64,000 nucleotides of DNA from an uncultured Chloroflexia bacterium (GTDB taxonomy: Bacteria; Chloroflexota; Anaerolineae; Anaerolineales; UBA11579): contig CAWCOT010000006.1 in NCBI GenBank assembly GCA_963797275.1, positions 163,469-227,468 on the forward strand, given 5' to 3'. The notes beneath the pieces were generated by a model. The model was given only the letters and a program-made list of their open reading frames with translations, made no database searches and had not been told where the DNA came from. Both the position numbers and the translations under genes were made by a program. This document shows positions 40,593 through 50,570 of this stretch, in pieces. Positions within the stretch are counted from its first letter, which is position 1; each line of letters begins with the position of its first letter.

Positions 40593-41232
40593 ATGGATAC
40601 GCTTGCCTGGAAAATTTGCACCCCCCAACGCCTCCGAAGACATCCATCGCCTCAAAGCTTTGATTGATGGCGTGTACGCCATCACGCTAACGCTTCTGGT
40701 TCTGGACCTCAAACTCCCGGAGATAGCAGAGGCAAGCTTGGCAGGCGGCTTGGTCGAGCTTCTGCCACGCCTGTTCATTTATCTAATCGCTTTTTATTCC
40801 ATTGCCAACTATTGGATTGTCCAACAACATGCTTTGCGCAATGTAATCAAAGCGAATCTTTCCATGATGTGGATGCTTATCTTGGGCCTTTTGTTCATCA
40901 CCTTAATGCCAGCCTCCACGGCCATCTTTGGAAAATACCCAGACCAGCCATTGGCCATTGCCATATTCTCCGCAGACAATTTCCTCTTCGCATTGTCCAG
41001 TTGGATATTTTGGTCCTATTTGACCAGAAACCGCAAGACCTTCGCCAGCCGCTCACAACCCCAGGTATTGACTATTAACGCTCAGGTTTGGATGTTCATC
41101 AGTCTCAGTTGGCTGCTCGCAGTTCTTTTTTTGCTCGTCAATCCAATGCTCACTTATATTTCCTGGGTTTTACTGCCTAACCTGATTGCTCTTTGGGCTG
41201 GGCGCCAAAGAAAACGACTATTAGCCAAATAA
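40593..41232 (+). CDS. TMEM175-like/DUF1211 membrane protein; start uncertain
   Basis: RLKALIDGVYAITLTLLVLDLKLPE matches the DUF1211 signature. The track ORF start lies inside clpC and its terminator. The ATG at 40593 joins the frame only if the C6 run at 40621-40626 is one base shorter. The alternative is an in-frame TTG at 40603. Confidence 0.65.
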
Positions 41233-41379
41233 AAAGCGCCCCGATGGGGCGCTTCCACTATTTGTAGACTTCTTCCCAAAGGCGAACCTCTCAGGCGAAT
41301 TTGCGCCGCATCGTATCATTCGGCTATTGAAATGGAAAGAGCGCCCGTGGGCGCTCTTTCCATTGTCACGCAGATCAAT

Positions 41380-41610
41380 TTATTTTACGCTCTTGCGCAA
41401 ATCGGGCCCACCGAACGGTTTCCCGAACAGCGGAGCAAACACGCAAACATCGAACAAACCGGCAAACAGCGGGATCAAGCCAATCACGATAACGACGATG
41501 CCGGTGGTGCCGCTGAGTCCCCACAGGCCCCAGGCTACCAGGGCCAAACCCGCCACAACGCGAGTGATCCGTCCGGACATTGATGCGATAAATATAAAGA
41601 ATGGGTTCAT
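41380..41610 (-). CDS. DUF2892 (YgaP-like) small membrane protein
   Basis: GRITRVVAGLALVAWGLWG...GLIPLFAGLFDVCVFAPLFG is the typical DUF2892 pattern. Confidence 0.7.
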   Translation of the reverse strand: MNPFFIFIASMSGRITRVVAGLALVAWGLWGLSGTTGIVVIVIGLIPLFAGLFDVCVFAPLFGKPFGGPDLRKSVK

Positions 41611-41736
41611 AATTTCTCCTTTGCTTTATAGACCTTTCCGCCCCCCGCGGCCTTAGGGGACAAAGGCAATGATTATTTGGGACAATTGACCCGTAACCAG
41701 ATAGCACATTCGTTCTATTTAGTGTAAAATAACTTC

Positions 41737-43146
41737 ATGCCCAAGACCATCACTCGCTTCGTATGCACCTCCTGCGGCCGGGCGGCCGCCAAGCCGCTGG
41801 GCCGCTGCCCTACCTGCGGTGATTGGAACACCTACGTTGAAGAAGTGGTGGAGACATCCGGCGGCCGGCACACCACCGGCAATGGCGCTCACCCCAAGAG
41901 CACCCCGCGGCCGCTGGCCCACATTGAGGGCGGCGCCGAAGCCGACCGGCTGCCCCTCTCCATCGGTGAGTTCGCCCGTGTCCTTGGAGGCGGCATTGTG
42001 CCCGGATCGCTGATCCTACTCGGCGGCGACCCCGGAATTGGCAAGAGCACCCTCCTGCTGCAAACAGCCGTCGAACTGGCTCCTATCGGCCCGATACTTT
42101 ACGTATCCGGAGAAGAATCCGCCGCGCAGATCAAAATGCGAGCTGTGCGGCTGGGAAACGCCGCGGGAGTTGCCGGTGAAGCCGGCAACTCCACCCTGTT
42201 GCCAGCCAGCCTGCTCATCGTCACTGAAACCAACCTCGAATCCATCCTTCACCACGTGGAGCAGGTCAAGCCCCGCGTGCTCGATTATCAACTCCATCCA
42301 GACCGTCTACGACCCGGGGATCGACTCCTCGGCTGGCTCGGTCACCCAGCTGCGTGAATGCTCCGACCGTTTCCGCCAGCTTGCCAAGGGCAGCGGCTTG
42401 GCCGTCTTCCTTATCGGCCACGTCACCAAAGAAGGTGTCATCGCCGGCCCGCGCTTGCTGGAGCACATGGTGGACACGGTGCTGTATCTCGAGGGCGACC
42501 GCTTCCAGAGCTACCGCCTGCTGCGCGCCGTCAAGAATCGCTTCGGGGCCACTGACGAGGTCGGCGTATTCGAGATGCGCGGCCACGGCATGGCCGAGGT
42601 GCCCAACCCCTCCGAGGCTTTTCTCGCCGAGCGCGTGGTAAACGCGCCGGGCTCCGCCATCGCCGTCACCATGGAAGGCACCCGTCCCCTGCTAGTGGAG
42701 GTGCAGGGCCTCACCAGCCCCACCTCTTTCGGTAACCCGCGCCGCTCGGGCAACGGCGTGGACCTCAACCGCCTGCTGCTCATCACCGCCGTGCTCACCC
42801 GCCGCCTGGGCCTCAAGCTGGGTGACCAGGACGTCTTTGTTAATGTAGTTGGCGGCCTGCGCATAGGCGAGCCGGCCGCCGACCTGGCTCTGGCCGCCGC
42901 CATCTACTCTTCGGCCAAAGACCAGCCCCTGCGCGCCGACACCGTCCTCATCGGCGAGGTCGGCCTCAGCGGCGAACTGCGCGCCGTCTCCCACGCCACC
43001 GCTCGCCTCAAGGAGGCCGCCGCCCTGGGCTTCAAGGCCGCCGTGCTGCCAAGCGTCTCCGCAAAAGTGAAGACCTGCCCAAGGGCATTGATGTCAAAGA
43101 AGCTCGCACGTTGCGCGAGGCACTGGAGCTGGGAGCAGTAAAGTAA
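41737..43146 (+). CDS. radA: DNA repair protein RadA/Sms, two apparent indels (about 42279-42284 and 43049-43053)
   Basis: Zinc ribbon CTSCG...CPTCGDWN, Walker A GGDPGIGKSTLLLQ, then IINSIQTVY...GHVTKEG...KNRFG in a second frame. The Lon-like domain follows. The final RLRKSEDLPKGIDVKEARTLREALELGAVK-stop is in a third frame. Confidence 0.85.
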
Positions 43147-43391
43147 GTATGTTTATGATTCCCGCATTCCTGGCTCTGTGTCGGCATGCAATCGATCTCT
43201 TGCTGACCCTCACCTTCCTCTCATTGATGTAATAGAAAGCCACTCGCCCTGGGGAAGCCGGGTGGCTTTCTAAATAGGATGTACACGCATAGACGCGGAC
43301 ATTTTCACCCTCGCCGGTTTACATTTGACCCTAACCCAATCCCGGCTTGCCCTGCATACTATCCTCGACACTTGCTAAGGAAGGAGTGGTC

Positions 43392-43790
43392 ATGCTCTAT
43401 CTATTTGCTTTCTTTATATTTGCCCATGGTATAGCCCATCTGGTCTACACCTCTATGGCCATGGGTTGGTTGCCGGACGCCGATGTGAATTCCAGCTGGA
43501 GCGGGTTCTCCTGGCTCTTCAGCGGGCTCCTGGGCCGCACAACTCTCACCCTGAGTGCCGCAATCTTCGGCGCAGTCACCCTGGCTTTCGCTGTGACCGC
43601 CGTCGGGCTGGCCTTCCACCAACCCTGGGCCACGTCTTGGCTGGCCGGAACGGCTGTCGCCTCCAGTCTCACCATCTTCCTCTTCTGGGACGGCAGCCCC
43701 GAAGACCTGGTATCCAAAGGCCTTATTGGGCTGCTTATTAATATCGGGCTCCTGGTGGTTTTGTATGTGTTCCGCTTCCCGGCCCTTTAG
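43392..43790 (+). CDS. small integral membrane protein, unknown function
   Basis: 132 aa from an ATG preceded by AGGAAGGAG. Four hydrophobic segments. Confidence 0.55.
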   Translation: MLYLFAFFIFAHGIAHLVYTSMAMGWLPDADVNSSWSGFSWLFSGLLGRTTLTLSAAIFGAVTLAFAVTAVGLAFHQPWATSWLAGTAVASSLTIFLFWDGSPEDLVSKGLIGLLINIGLLVVLYVFRFPAL

Positions 43791-43805
43791 CATGGATGAT
43801 AACAA

Positions 43806-44891
43806 TTGAGCTTCCTTAGCCGACGTTCCGCACTGGTTTTGTTGGTTGTCTTAGCGCTGGGCACATTATTGCTGGCCGCGGCCCAGCCTGCCCAGGCTCA
43901 AACTCCGCAGGTACGTGCCGTGCTGTTCTACTCACCCACCTGTCCTCACTGCCATTACGTATTCACTCAAGTCCTCCCGCCCCTGCAGCAAACCTACGGG
44001 AGCCAGCTCTCCATTGTGTTTATCAATATTGATACCCAACAAGGCGCCCAAACCTGGGGCTCCGCCCTCGAGACCTTCAACATCCCCAACGATCGCTACG
44101 GAGTGCCTTTCCTTTTGGTTGGCGACCAAAATATGGTTGGCCAACTTGAGATCGAGCAGATGTTCCCAGGGCTCATCCAAACCTACTTGAGCGCTGGCGG
44201 AGTGAGCTGGCCGATTTTCCCCGGCCTTCAGCCCTACCTGGACGATCCAACTGCATACCTGGCTCCCCTGGCAACCGCCGTCCCGCCTCCCACACAGCCG
44301 TCCATTACGCAGCGGCTGCAAGGGGATGTGGCCGGCAACACCCTGTCTATTTTGGTGCTTTTGGGTCTGTTTGCCAGCGGGCTATGGAATTTGCGTCGCA
44401 TTCGGACCGAACCCAACCCGGGCCAGCCCTGGCCCACATGGGTGGAGCAGTTCCTCCTCTTTGCCGGGCTGGTAGTGGCAGGCTATCTCACTTGGATTGA
44501 GATCACCTCAAGTGCCGCCATGTGCGGCCCGGTTGGGGATTGCAACGCCGTCCAGCAAAGTGAATACGCCCGTCTCTTCGGGTTCCTGCCCGTTGGCTTG
44601 CTAGGGCTTGGCGGGTATGTAGCTTTCAGCATCCTTTGGTTGTTAGACCCAACTCTCAAAGGCACGCCGCGCCTCAACCTTAATCGGGTGACTTGGTGGC
44701 TGGCTGCTTTTGGCGTGGTCTTTTCACTTTATCTAACCTTTTTGGAGCCGTTCGTCATTGGCGCCACCTGCATTTGGTGCCTGAGTTCTGCCATTTTAAT
44801 GGGGTTGATTTTCTGGCAGACCACCACCAAACTTCTTTGGGTGCGGGAGAACGGTCACCATAGAAAGAGACATAGAGGACATAGCATATGA
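43806..44891 (+). CDS. thioredoxin-like domain fused to a vitamin K epoxide reductase (VKOR) domain
   Basis: Signal/TM segment, CPHC in the N-terminal domain, and a C-terminal VKOR pattern CGPVGDCNAVQQSEYA...GATCIWCLSSA. Confidence 0.75.
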   Translation: MSFLSRRSALVLLVVLALGTLLLAAAQPAQAQTPQVRAVLFYSPTCPHCHYVFTQVLPPLQQTYGSQLSIVFINIDTQQGAQTWGSALETFNIPNDRYGVPFLLVGDQNMVGQLEIEQMFPGLIQTYLSAGGVSWPIFPGLQPYLDDPTAYLAPLATAVPPPTQPSITQRLQGDVAGNTLSILVLLGLFASGLWNLRRIRTEPNPGQPWPTWVEQFLLFAGLVVAGYLTWIEITSSAAMCGPVGDCNAVQQSEYARLFGFLPVGLLGLGGYVAFSILWLLDPTLKGTPRLNLNRVTWWLAAFGVVFSLYLTFLEPFVIGATCIWCLSSAILMGLIFWQTTTKLLWVRENGHHRKRHRGHSI

Positions 44892-45292
44892 AAATCGCAG
44901 CAGCTAGTGACGACGGTATCACCATCAGTTCCCATTTAGGACGCGCCCAGTTCTATGTGGTTTTCACTATTGAAGGCGGCTTGATCACCGACCGACAATT
45001 GGTTGCCAAGCAGGATTTCCATCAGCAGCACGACCAGGGTTGCCATGAAGACGGGGACCGCGAGCACCGCGGCAATGACCCTCATGCCGAAGAGAAGCAT
45101 CGCCAGATGTTCACCCCATTGGCGGATTGCGAAGCTCTGATTGCGCGTGGCATGGGCATGGGCGCCTATCGCGGCCTGCAGCAAGTCGGAGTACAGCCAA
45201 TGCTCACCGATCTAGAGGACATTCAGGTGGCCGTGGCGGCTTACATGGCTGGTGAGCTGGTAGATCACCTGGATCGGGTGCACCACCACTAA
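44888..45292 (+). CDS. NifB/NifX-family (dinitrogenase FeMo-cofactor-binding-like) protein with a His-rich insert
   Basis: MKIAAASDDGITISSHLGRAQFYVVF...ALIARGMGMGAYRGL. ATGA overlap with the VKOR gene. Confidence 0.7.
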   Translation: MKIAAASDDGITISSHLGRAQFYVVFTIEGGLITDRQLVAKQDFHQQHDQGCHEDGDREHRGNDPHAEEKHRQMFTPLADCEALIARGMGMGAYRGLQQVGVQPMLTDLEDIQVAVAAYMAGELVDHLDRVHHH

Positions 45293-45330
45293 CAAATGAC
45301 GCCTTGTGAGTAACCTGGATTTTGTAGGGC

Positions 45331-46179
45331 CTAGAAGGGTTCTGCAAATGTGCCATTCTTGATGTCTTCGAACACCTGGCGTATCTCCGCCTCGGTGTTC
45401 ATCACGAATGGGCCATAAGGCACGATAGGTTCTCCAATGGGTTGGCCGGCCATCAGCACAAAGCGCGTACCGCGTTGGCTGCCGGCCGCTATCGTGTTGC
45501 CCTCCCCGAACACCAGCATTTTTACAGCTTCAATTCCAGTGCCCCCAAATTCGCCTGCCCCTTCAAACACATACGCATTGGCAGCGTAATCCGGAGAAAC
45601 TGGCAGCTCAAACTGGGTGCCAGGGGCCAGCGTCACATCCATATAAAGCGCCTTGATAGCGATCTCTGTAACTGGACCCTTAACGCCAGCATATTCTCCG
45701 GCTACCAGCCGTACTGTGACCCCATCCCTCTCTACAGTGGGCACCTCTGCGGCAGTGACCTCCTGGTAGCGTGGCTTGCTCATCTTATCTTTAGCCGGCA
45801 AATTGACCCAAAGCTGAAAGCCATCCACCTTGCCTGCAGAGCTACGCGTGGGCAATTCTTCGTGCAGGATGCCCCGACCGCTGGTCATCCACTGCAGATC
45901 GCCCGGACCGATTACACCCACGTTGCCCAGGCTGTCGCGGTGGCGCACATTTCCCTCCAGCATATAGGTCACCGTTTCGATGCCGCGGTGAGGATGCTGT
46001 GGAAAACCCACAATAGGGCCCTCGATGGGGTCATTGAAGGCGAAATGATCGAACAGCAAAAAGGGGTCGAAGGGATTGTCGCGAAGTGGCCCGAAGGATC
46101 GGCGCAGTTTTACGTCCGCACCCTCGATCACGAATTGGGGCTCGATGATTTGTTTTATGGAACGAATGGTCTTAGTCAT
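45331..46179 (-). CDS. pirin family protein
   Basis: FPQHPHRGIETVTYMLEG...DLQWMTSGRGILHEE. Confidence 0.85.
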   Translation of the reverse strand: MTKTIRSIKQIIEPQFVIEGADVKLRRSFGPLRDNPFDPFLLFDHFAFNDPIEGPIVGFPQHPHRGIETVTYMLEGNVRHRDSLGNVGVIGPGDLQWMTSGRGILHEELPTRSSAGKVDGFQLWVNLPAKDKMSKPRYQEVTAAEVPTVERDGVTVRLVAGEYAGVKGPVTEIAIKALYMDVTLAPGTQFELPVSPDYAANAYVFEGAGEFGGTGIEAVKMLVFGEGNTIAAGSQRGTRFVLMAGQPIGEPIVPYGPFVMNTEAEIRQVFEDIKNGTFAEPF

Positions 46180-46214
46180 GCCAACCAGACGGCACCGGCG
46201 GCCCAAAGATTACT

Positions 46215-47240
46215 TTACAAAAAGCGCGCCAGCACCTGCTGGGCGATCCACAAACCCAGCGGCAGGAACACCGCCGAAAGGAAGCCGCGCAGCGTCCCCG
46301 GGTTCCACGGCCAGGTAGGCACTTTTTGGATTTCTTCCCGCATACGGTACAAACTGCTCAATGATTTTTCCATGTCCCCGCTCTTCTTGAAGTCCTTCTC
46401 GTTGAGATGAACGTAAAGAATCTGGTGAGCCTTCTCAATTTGCAATCCGTTCTCTTCGAGCGATGTCACTTTTTTATTTTGGATGCGCACATGCATGCCC
46501 CACAGAGGGACGATAAATGTAATGAAGGCCAACACGACATACGGCAGCGAAAACGTGAGAGCCAACAGGACATCCACTCCGCTAGGAAGGCCGCCCATGA
46601 AATTGCTTATGAAATTCAAATTCAGTATCAATAGCCAGAAAAGACTGGAGGTCATGGTAAGGCTGGAAAATGCGTACAATGGCTGGAGGTGGAACAGGTT
46701 GATTTCGTTCACCAATCGAAAAGCTTTGATCACCAGGTTCAGCTGACGAAACCCGTGGAAGAGCATTATGGGAGCGAACGAATAGGAAAACATATACACC
46801 GGCATGAATAACAGTTTGGGCACCGTTTCTTTCACTCCCAGGAGTGAGGCGTCGAAAAACGTACCCAAAATGACCACGCCACAAATAATAAGAGTCAGGA
46901 CCAGGGCGGGCAAGGCCGGTACGTTCGTCATTTGATAGCGGATATCTTCCAATTGAGCTCTCTTGCGAGGCACCAATATGGCAAATCTATCGATGGCCCG
47001 ATTCGCAATGTGGTCTAGTGTGGATAAGAACGCAATGCCAATCACGCTCCAGATTCCGTTAAAAAGCAAAATGCCTACTGGCGTCCCGAACGGCACCGCA
47101 CCATCCAACCAGTAAGCAACGTGGTAACTAAGGACTGATACCAGGTAGATGAGGATGAAAATTACCCACATGGGGATGGGCAGCCTGTTCAGCCAATTAA
47201 CAAAATGGTTGGCCCAGCTCGGCGTATACGGTCGTTTCAT
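46215..47240 (-). CDS. polytopic membrane protein of unknown function (tandem paralog A)
   Basis: MKRPYTPSWANHFVNWLNRLPIPMWV...QLEDIRYQMTN...VPTWPWNPGTLRGF...ARFL. Collinear similarity to the next gene. Confidence 0.6.
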   Translation of the reverse strand: MKRPYTPSWANHFVNWLNRLPIPMWVIFILIYLVSVLSYHVAYWLDGAVPFGTPVGILLFNGIWSVIGIAFLSTLDHIANRAIDRFAILVPRKRAQLEDIRYQMTNVPALPALVLTLIICGVVILGTFFDASLLGVKETVPKLLFMPVYMFSYSFAPIMLFHGFRQLNLVIKAFRLVNEINLFHLQPLYAFSSLTMTSSLFWLLILNLNFISNFMGGLPSGVDVLLALTFSLPYVVLAFITFIVPLWGMHVRIQNKKVTSLEENGLQIEKAHQILYVHLNEKDFKKSGDMEKSLSSLYRMREEIQKVPTWPWNPGTLRGFLSAVFLPLGLWIAQQVLARFL

Positions 47241-47266
47241 CAGCGTCGCCTTTCCTTTAATTCTTG

Positions 47267-48307
47267 CTACAAAAACCTCGCAGCCAAGGTTTGCGCAAGC
47301 CATAACAACATGGGGATGAGCACTGCAGTAAGAAAATTACGGAAAGTCCCAGGCGCCCATGGCCAAGTTGCCACATTTTCAAGTTGCTTCTGTTCCCTAT
47401 ACAGACTACTCAGGGCCCCATCCAGCCCCTTCACATCGTTGTAGCTTTGCTTGTCGATCGCCTTATATAGCTTCGTGCGCGTATTGGTTATCTGAGTGCT
47501 ATTCTTTTCCAACACCAGCATCCTGGCTTCTCCCAGCCGCTGGTGGATGCCCCACAACGGAAGTAAAACGATCACGACGGAAAGCGGGATGATGACAACA
47601 CTCAACGCCAAATTGATCACATCTTCCGTGGAGGATGGATCATAGATCACTTCGCCCATGTAGGTTATATACACCAACGCCACCAGGAAAAGAGCGGTGC
47701 GCATGGTCAACCCGGAAAATGCATACATGGGCTGCTGGTGGAACACGTCCACTTTGTCCACCAATTCATAGGCCTTGGTCACCAGGTTGAGTTGCCGTGC
47801 AGCGTGATAGATCATGATAGGCGCCAAACTGTACGATGTCACGCCAAACAACGCGCTCAATGCCCAGGTAACAGGGTGGATTGGACCAGCGCTGAGATCG
47901 AAAACCACAAGTTTGGGATCTTGGATTGCCCCAATCAGCAAAACGGTGACTGCCACAATCGAGATCCACAAAACCGTCCGCGCCGGCATGTTGGTCATTT
48001 GATACGTAATATCTTCCAGCTGAGCTGCCTTGTTCCTCACCAACGACCCAAAGCGTGCCAGCGCATGTTTGGCAACCTGGTCGGTGTTGTGGATCACAAA
48101 TAGTGCCAGTGGCAGCCAGATTGCGTTGTAGAACTGACTCGCCGACGCCACCCCCCAGGGGAGGGCACCATTTAACCAGCTAGCCAAGTTCAAACTCAAT
48201 GCGGCGATTAGGTAAAGGATTAAATAAAAAGTCCAGACTGGGACTGGTAAGCTCTCGATCCAATTTGTCAGCCGGTCAACCCAACTAGGTTTATAGGGAA
48301 TCTTCAT
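47267..48307 (-). CDS. polytopic membrane protein of unknown function (tandem paralog B)
   Basis: MKIPYKPSWVDRLTNWIESLPVPVWT...QLEDITYQMTN...VATWPWAPGTFRNF...ARFL. Confidence 0.6.
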   Translation of the reverse strand: MKIPYKPSWVDRLTNWIESLPVPVWTFYLILYLIAALSLNLASWLNGALPWGVASASQFYNAIWLPLALFVIHNTDQVAKHALARFGSLVRNKAAQLEDITYQMTNMPARTVLWISIVAVTVLLIGAIQDPKLVVFDLSAGPIHPVTWALSALFGVTSYSLAPIMIYHAARQLNLVTKAYELVDKVDVFHQQPMYAFSGLTMRTALFLVALVYITYMGEVIYDPSSTEDVINLALSVVIIPLSVVIVLLPLWGIHQRLGEARMLVLEKNSTQITNTRTKLYKAIDKQSYNDVKGLDGALSSLYREQKQLENVATWPWAPGTFRNFLTAVLIPMLLWLAQTLAARFL

Positions 48308-48382
48308 CCAAGTCCTCAATCCTAAACAATGATTTTAATATAAAAAACGCCGCCAGTTACCGCATCAGGTATACTCCCCACT

Positions 48383-49090
48383 ATGACCCGACCAGTCATT
48401 TCCGTGGTGGTGCCCGCCTACAACGAAGAGCGCATCATTGCTGACTGCTTGCAGCACCTGCTGGATCAAAGCATCCGGCAACCCTACGAGATCATCGTCT
48501 CAGACAACAATTCCAGTGACCGCACCGCCGAGATCGCAAAGGCGATGGGCGCCCAGGTGGTTAAAACCACAAACAAGGGCTACGTGCACGCCGCCATCGC
48601 CGGCGTACAGGCCGCCCAAGGCGAAATCATCGCCATGACCGACTGCGACACCCGCGTACCGAAGGAGTGGCTCCTGCACATTTACGAGGGCCTGCAGACC
48701 CATCCGGACTTGGTGGGGGTCGGCGGCCCCTTTGAATTCTATGATGGCCCCGACGGCGTTCGCAATGCTGTTCGCCTGCTTAACGACATCTCTCCGCGCC
48801 TTATGATTGCCTCCCTCTCCGGCATGAATATGGCCTTCCGTAGGTCAGCCTACGAAGCCGTTGGTGGCTTCAACCCTGCTATCAACCTTCAGGCCGATAC
48901 TCATCTGGGCAACCGCTTGGCAAAATATGGCAAGACCGCGTTGATCAAAAAAAATAAGGTTCAGACTTCGGGACGCCGCTATCAGACTGGTGGTCAAATC
49001 ATTTCCGAGACTCTGGTGCGCATGATCAATTCGCTTTCCATCAAGTTATTCGATACCACCCTGTTCAAACACCAACCCGACATCCGTTAG
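48383..49090 (+). CDS. glycosyltransferase family 2
   Basis: SVVVPAYNEE, VSDNNSSDRT and MTDCDT (DxD-like). Confidence 0.8.
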   Translation: MTRPVISVVVPAYNEERIIADCLQHLLDQSIRQPYEIIVSDNNSSDRTAEIAKAMGAQVVKTTNKGYVHAAIAGVQAAQGEIIAMTDCDTRVPKEWLLHIYEGLQTHPDLVGVGGPFEFYDGPDGVRNAVRLLNDISPRLMIASLSGMNMAFRRSAYEAVGGFNPAINLQADTHLGNRLAKYGKTALIKKNKVQTSGRRYQTGGQIISETLVRMINSLSIKLFDTTLFKHQPDIR

Positions 49091-50460
49091 CCCTTTTTTG
49101 CAGCATTAGCCGCCCGGGGGTCATTCACCGTGACTTCGGGTTCTCCGTTCATCACCGCATTGGCCCATTCCACGCCTTGCATAAAAGTGTGGTCCTGGTT
49201 GGACACTTCATATTTCCACGCTCCAAAGCGCCCCCGCGAATAGATACCGTGCTCAGCCAGAGCCGGCAGGGCCGCGTTTAGTGATGCGTCGCGGTTCAAG
49301 GTCGGCGTAGGATAGCCATACCCGGCCCGGAAACTCCACACCGACTCGATCTTCGCATTAGCAGGGATCAAATGGGTGCGTTTAGCGCCTTCCACTACCA
49401 GCTTTTCGATGTCACCCTGGGGGAGCGGCACATACTTCGACGAGGCCGTCTCGGTCATCAGCGACCAGGCACCCTCGGGCGCATTGAAGCGCGAATAATT
49501 GGAAAAAACCGTGGCGCGAAAGAACGGCGCTTTGTCCTCGGGGAAATACATCCAGCACTTGGTCCTGAGCTGCTCAGGCACTTCCCCCCGGATGCCGATG
49601 CCCACAATGGTGACCGTCGAATGATGCAGCGGTTTTGTATCCATATCCAGCTCTATACCCCGCAGCATGTTGGCCAGTAAATCCAATGGCATGCTGCTGA
49701 ACAACAGCTCATATTTTTCTAGAGAGCCATCCGCAAATTGCACTTGGCGTTTCGCCGCATCCACCCCGACGACTTCCTTATTCAACTGTACCTTTTCCTC
49801 TAAGTCTTGACCAACCCGCCGCCAGATCTCCCCTGTACCACCGCGCTGAGGGAATTGAAATGTAGCATTCGGTCCCCAGGAAACATCGTCCCGGTTTAAT
49901 CTGATATTTTCTTCAATGCGGTTGATATCCACGGAGGCTACACGGTCTCCTACCCAGCGGAAATTCATCCTTTCCGGTGGATAAGCCCATACCTTGCGGT
50001 TGTAGGGCAACATGAAATGTTTGGCGATGCCCTTACCAAACGAAGCCTGAATCCAATCCGCGAAGCTTTCCGGTTGGTCCGCGGGATGGGCAGCCAATTC
50101 CTTTAGTCCTTGCAGGCATTCTTCCAAAACCTTCGATGGCAATCGGTGAATATTATTCTGGAAGGGGTAAGGAACAAAGCGGTCGTAAATCCACACCCAC
50201 GATTCGCGTTGCAGTGTGAAATAGTCACCCCGCATCACCTGCTCGAATACAGTATCAAAATAAGCATAGTGGGAATGAATTACGTGCCCACCTACATCCC
50301 ACGTGAATCCGGACGAATCTACAAAAGATGTTGCCAGCCCCCCAATGTGTCCCGCTTTCTCCAAAACAGTAAAGTCGTTGTGGCCTAGTTCGGCCAGCCG
50401 CCAGGCTGCACCCAGGCCCGCCGGCCCGGCGCCAATGATGAGAATTCGCGAAGCTTTCAT
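49087..50460 (-). CDS. FAD-dependent oxidoreductase, UDP-galactopyranose-mutase/amine-oxidase-like
   Basis: ILIIGAGPAGLGAAWRL dinucleotide fold, then GGLATSFVDSSGFTWDVGGHVIHSHYAYFD. Confidence 0.7.
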   Translation of the reverse strand: MKASRILIIGAGPAGLGAAWRLAELGHNDFTVLEKAGHIGGLATSFVDSSGFTWDVGGHVIHSHYAYFDTVFEQVMRGDYFTLQRESWVWIYDRFVPYPFQNNIHRLPSKVLEECLQGLKELAAHPADQPESFADWIQASFGKGIAKHFMLPYNRKVWAYPPERMNFRWVGDRVASVDINRIEENIRLNRDDVSWGPNATFQFPQRGGTGEIWRRVGQDLEEKVQLNKEVVGVDAAKRQVQFADGSLEKYELLFSSMPLDLLANMLRGIELDMDTKPLHHSTVTIVGIGIRGEVPEQLRTKCWMYFPEDKAPFFRATVFSNYSRFNAPEGAWSLMTETASSKYVPLPQGDIEKLVVEGAKRTHLIPANAKIESVWSFRAGYGYPTPTLNRDASLNAALPALAEHGIYSRGRFGAWKYEVSNQDHTFMQGVEWANAVMNGEPEVTVNDPRAANAAKKG

Positions 50461-50570
50461 AAGGGGACGAGCGCATTATAAAGGGAATGCGTCCAGATTC
50501 TCACGCCTGCGTTTGTATTAGCCCTCTTACTCTGCTACAATTATTTATTCCCCGTTTCACCGGAGTTGAA

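Noticed and set aside
41234-41254. The hairpin AAGCGCCCC-gat-GGGGCGCTT as the terminator of the TMEM175-like gene.
   Set aside because: The stem is good, but no U-tract follows it on the plus strand. It may act on the minus strand or only as a stabiliser, so it is not listed as a confident terminator.
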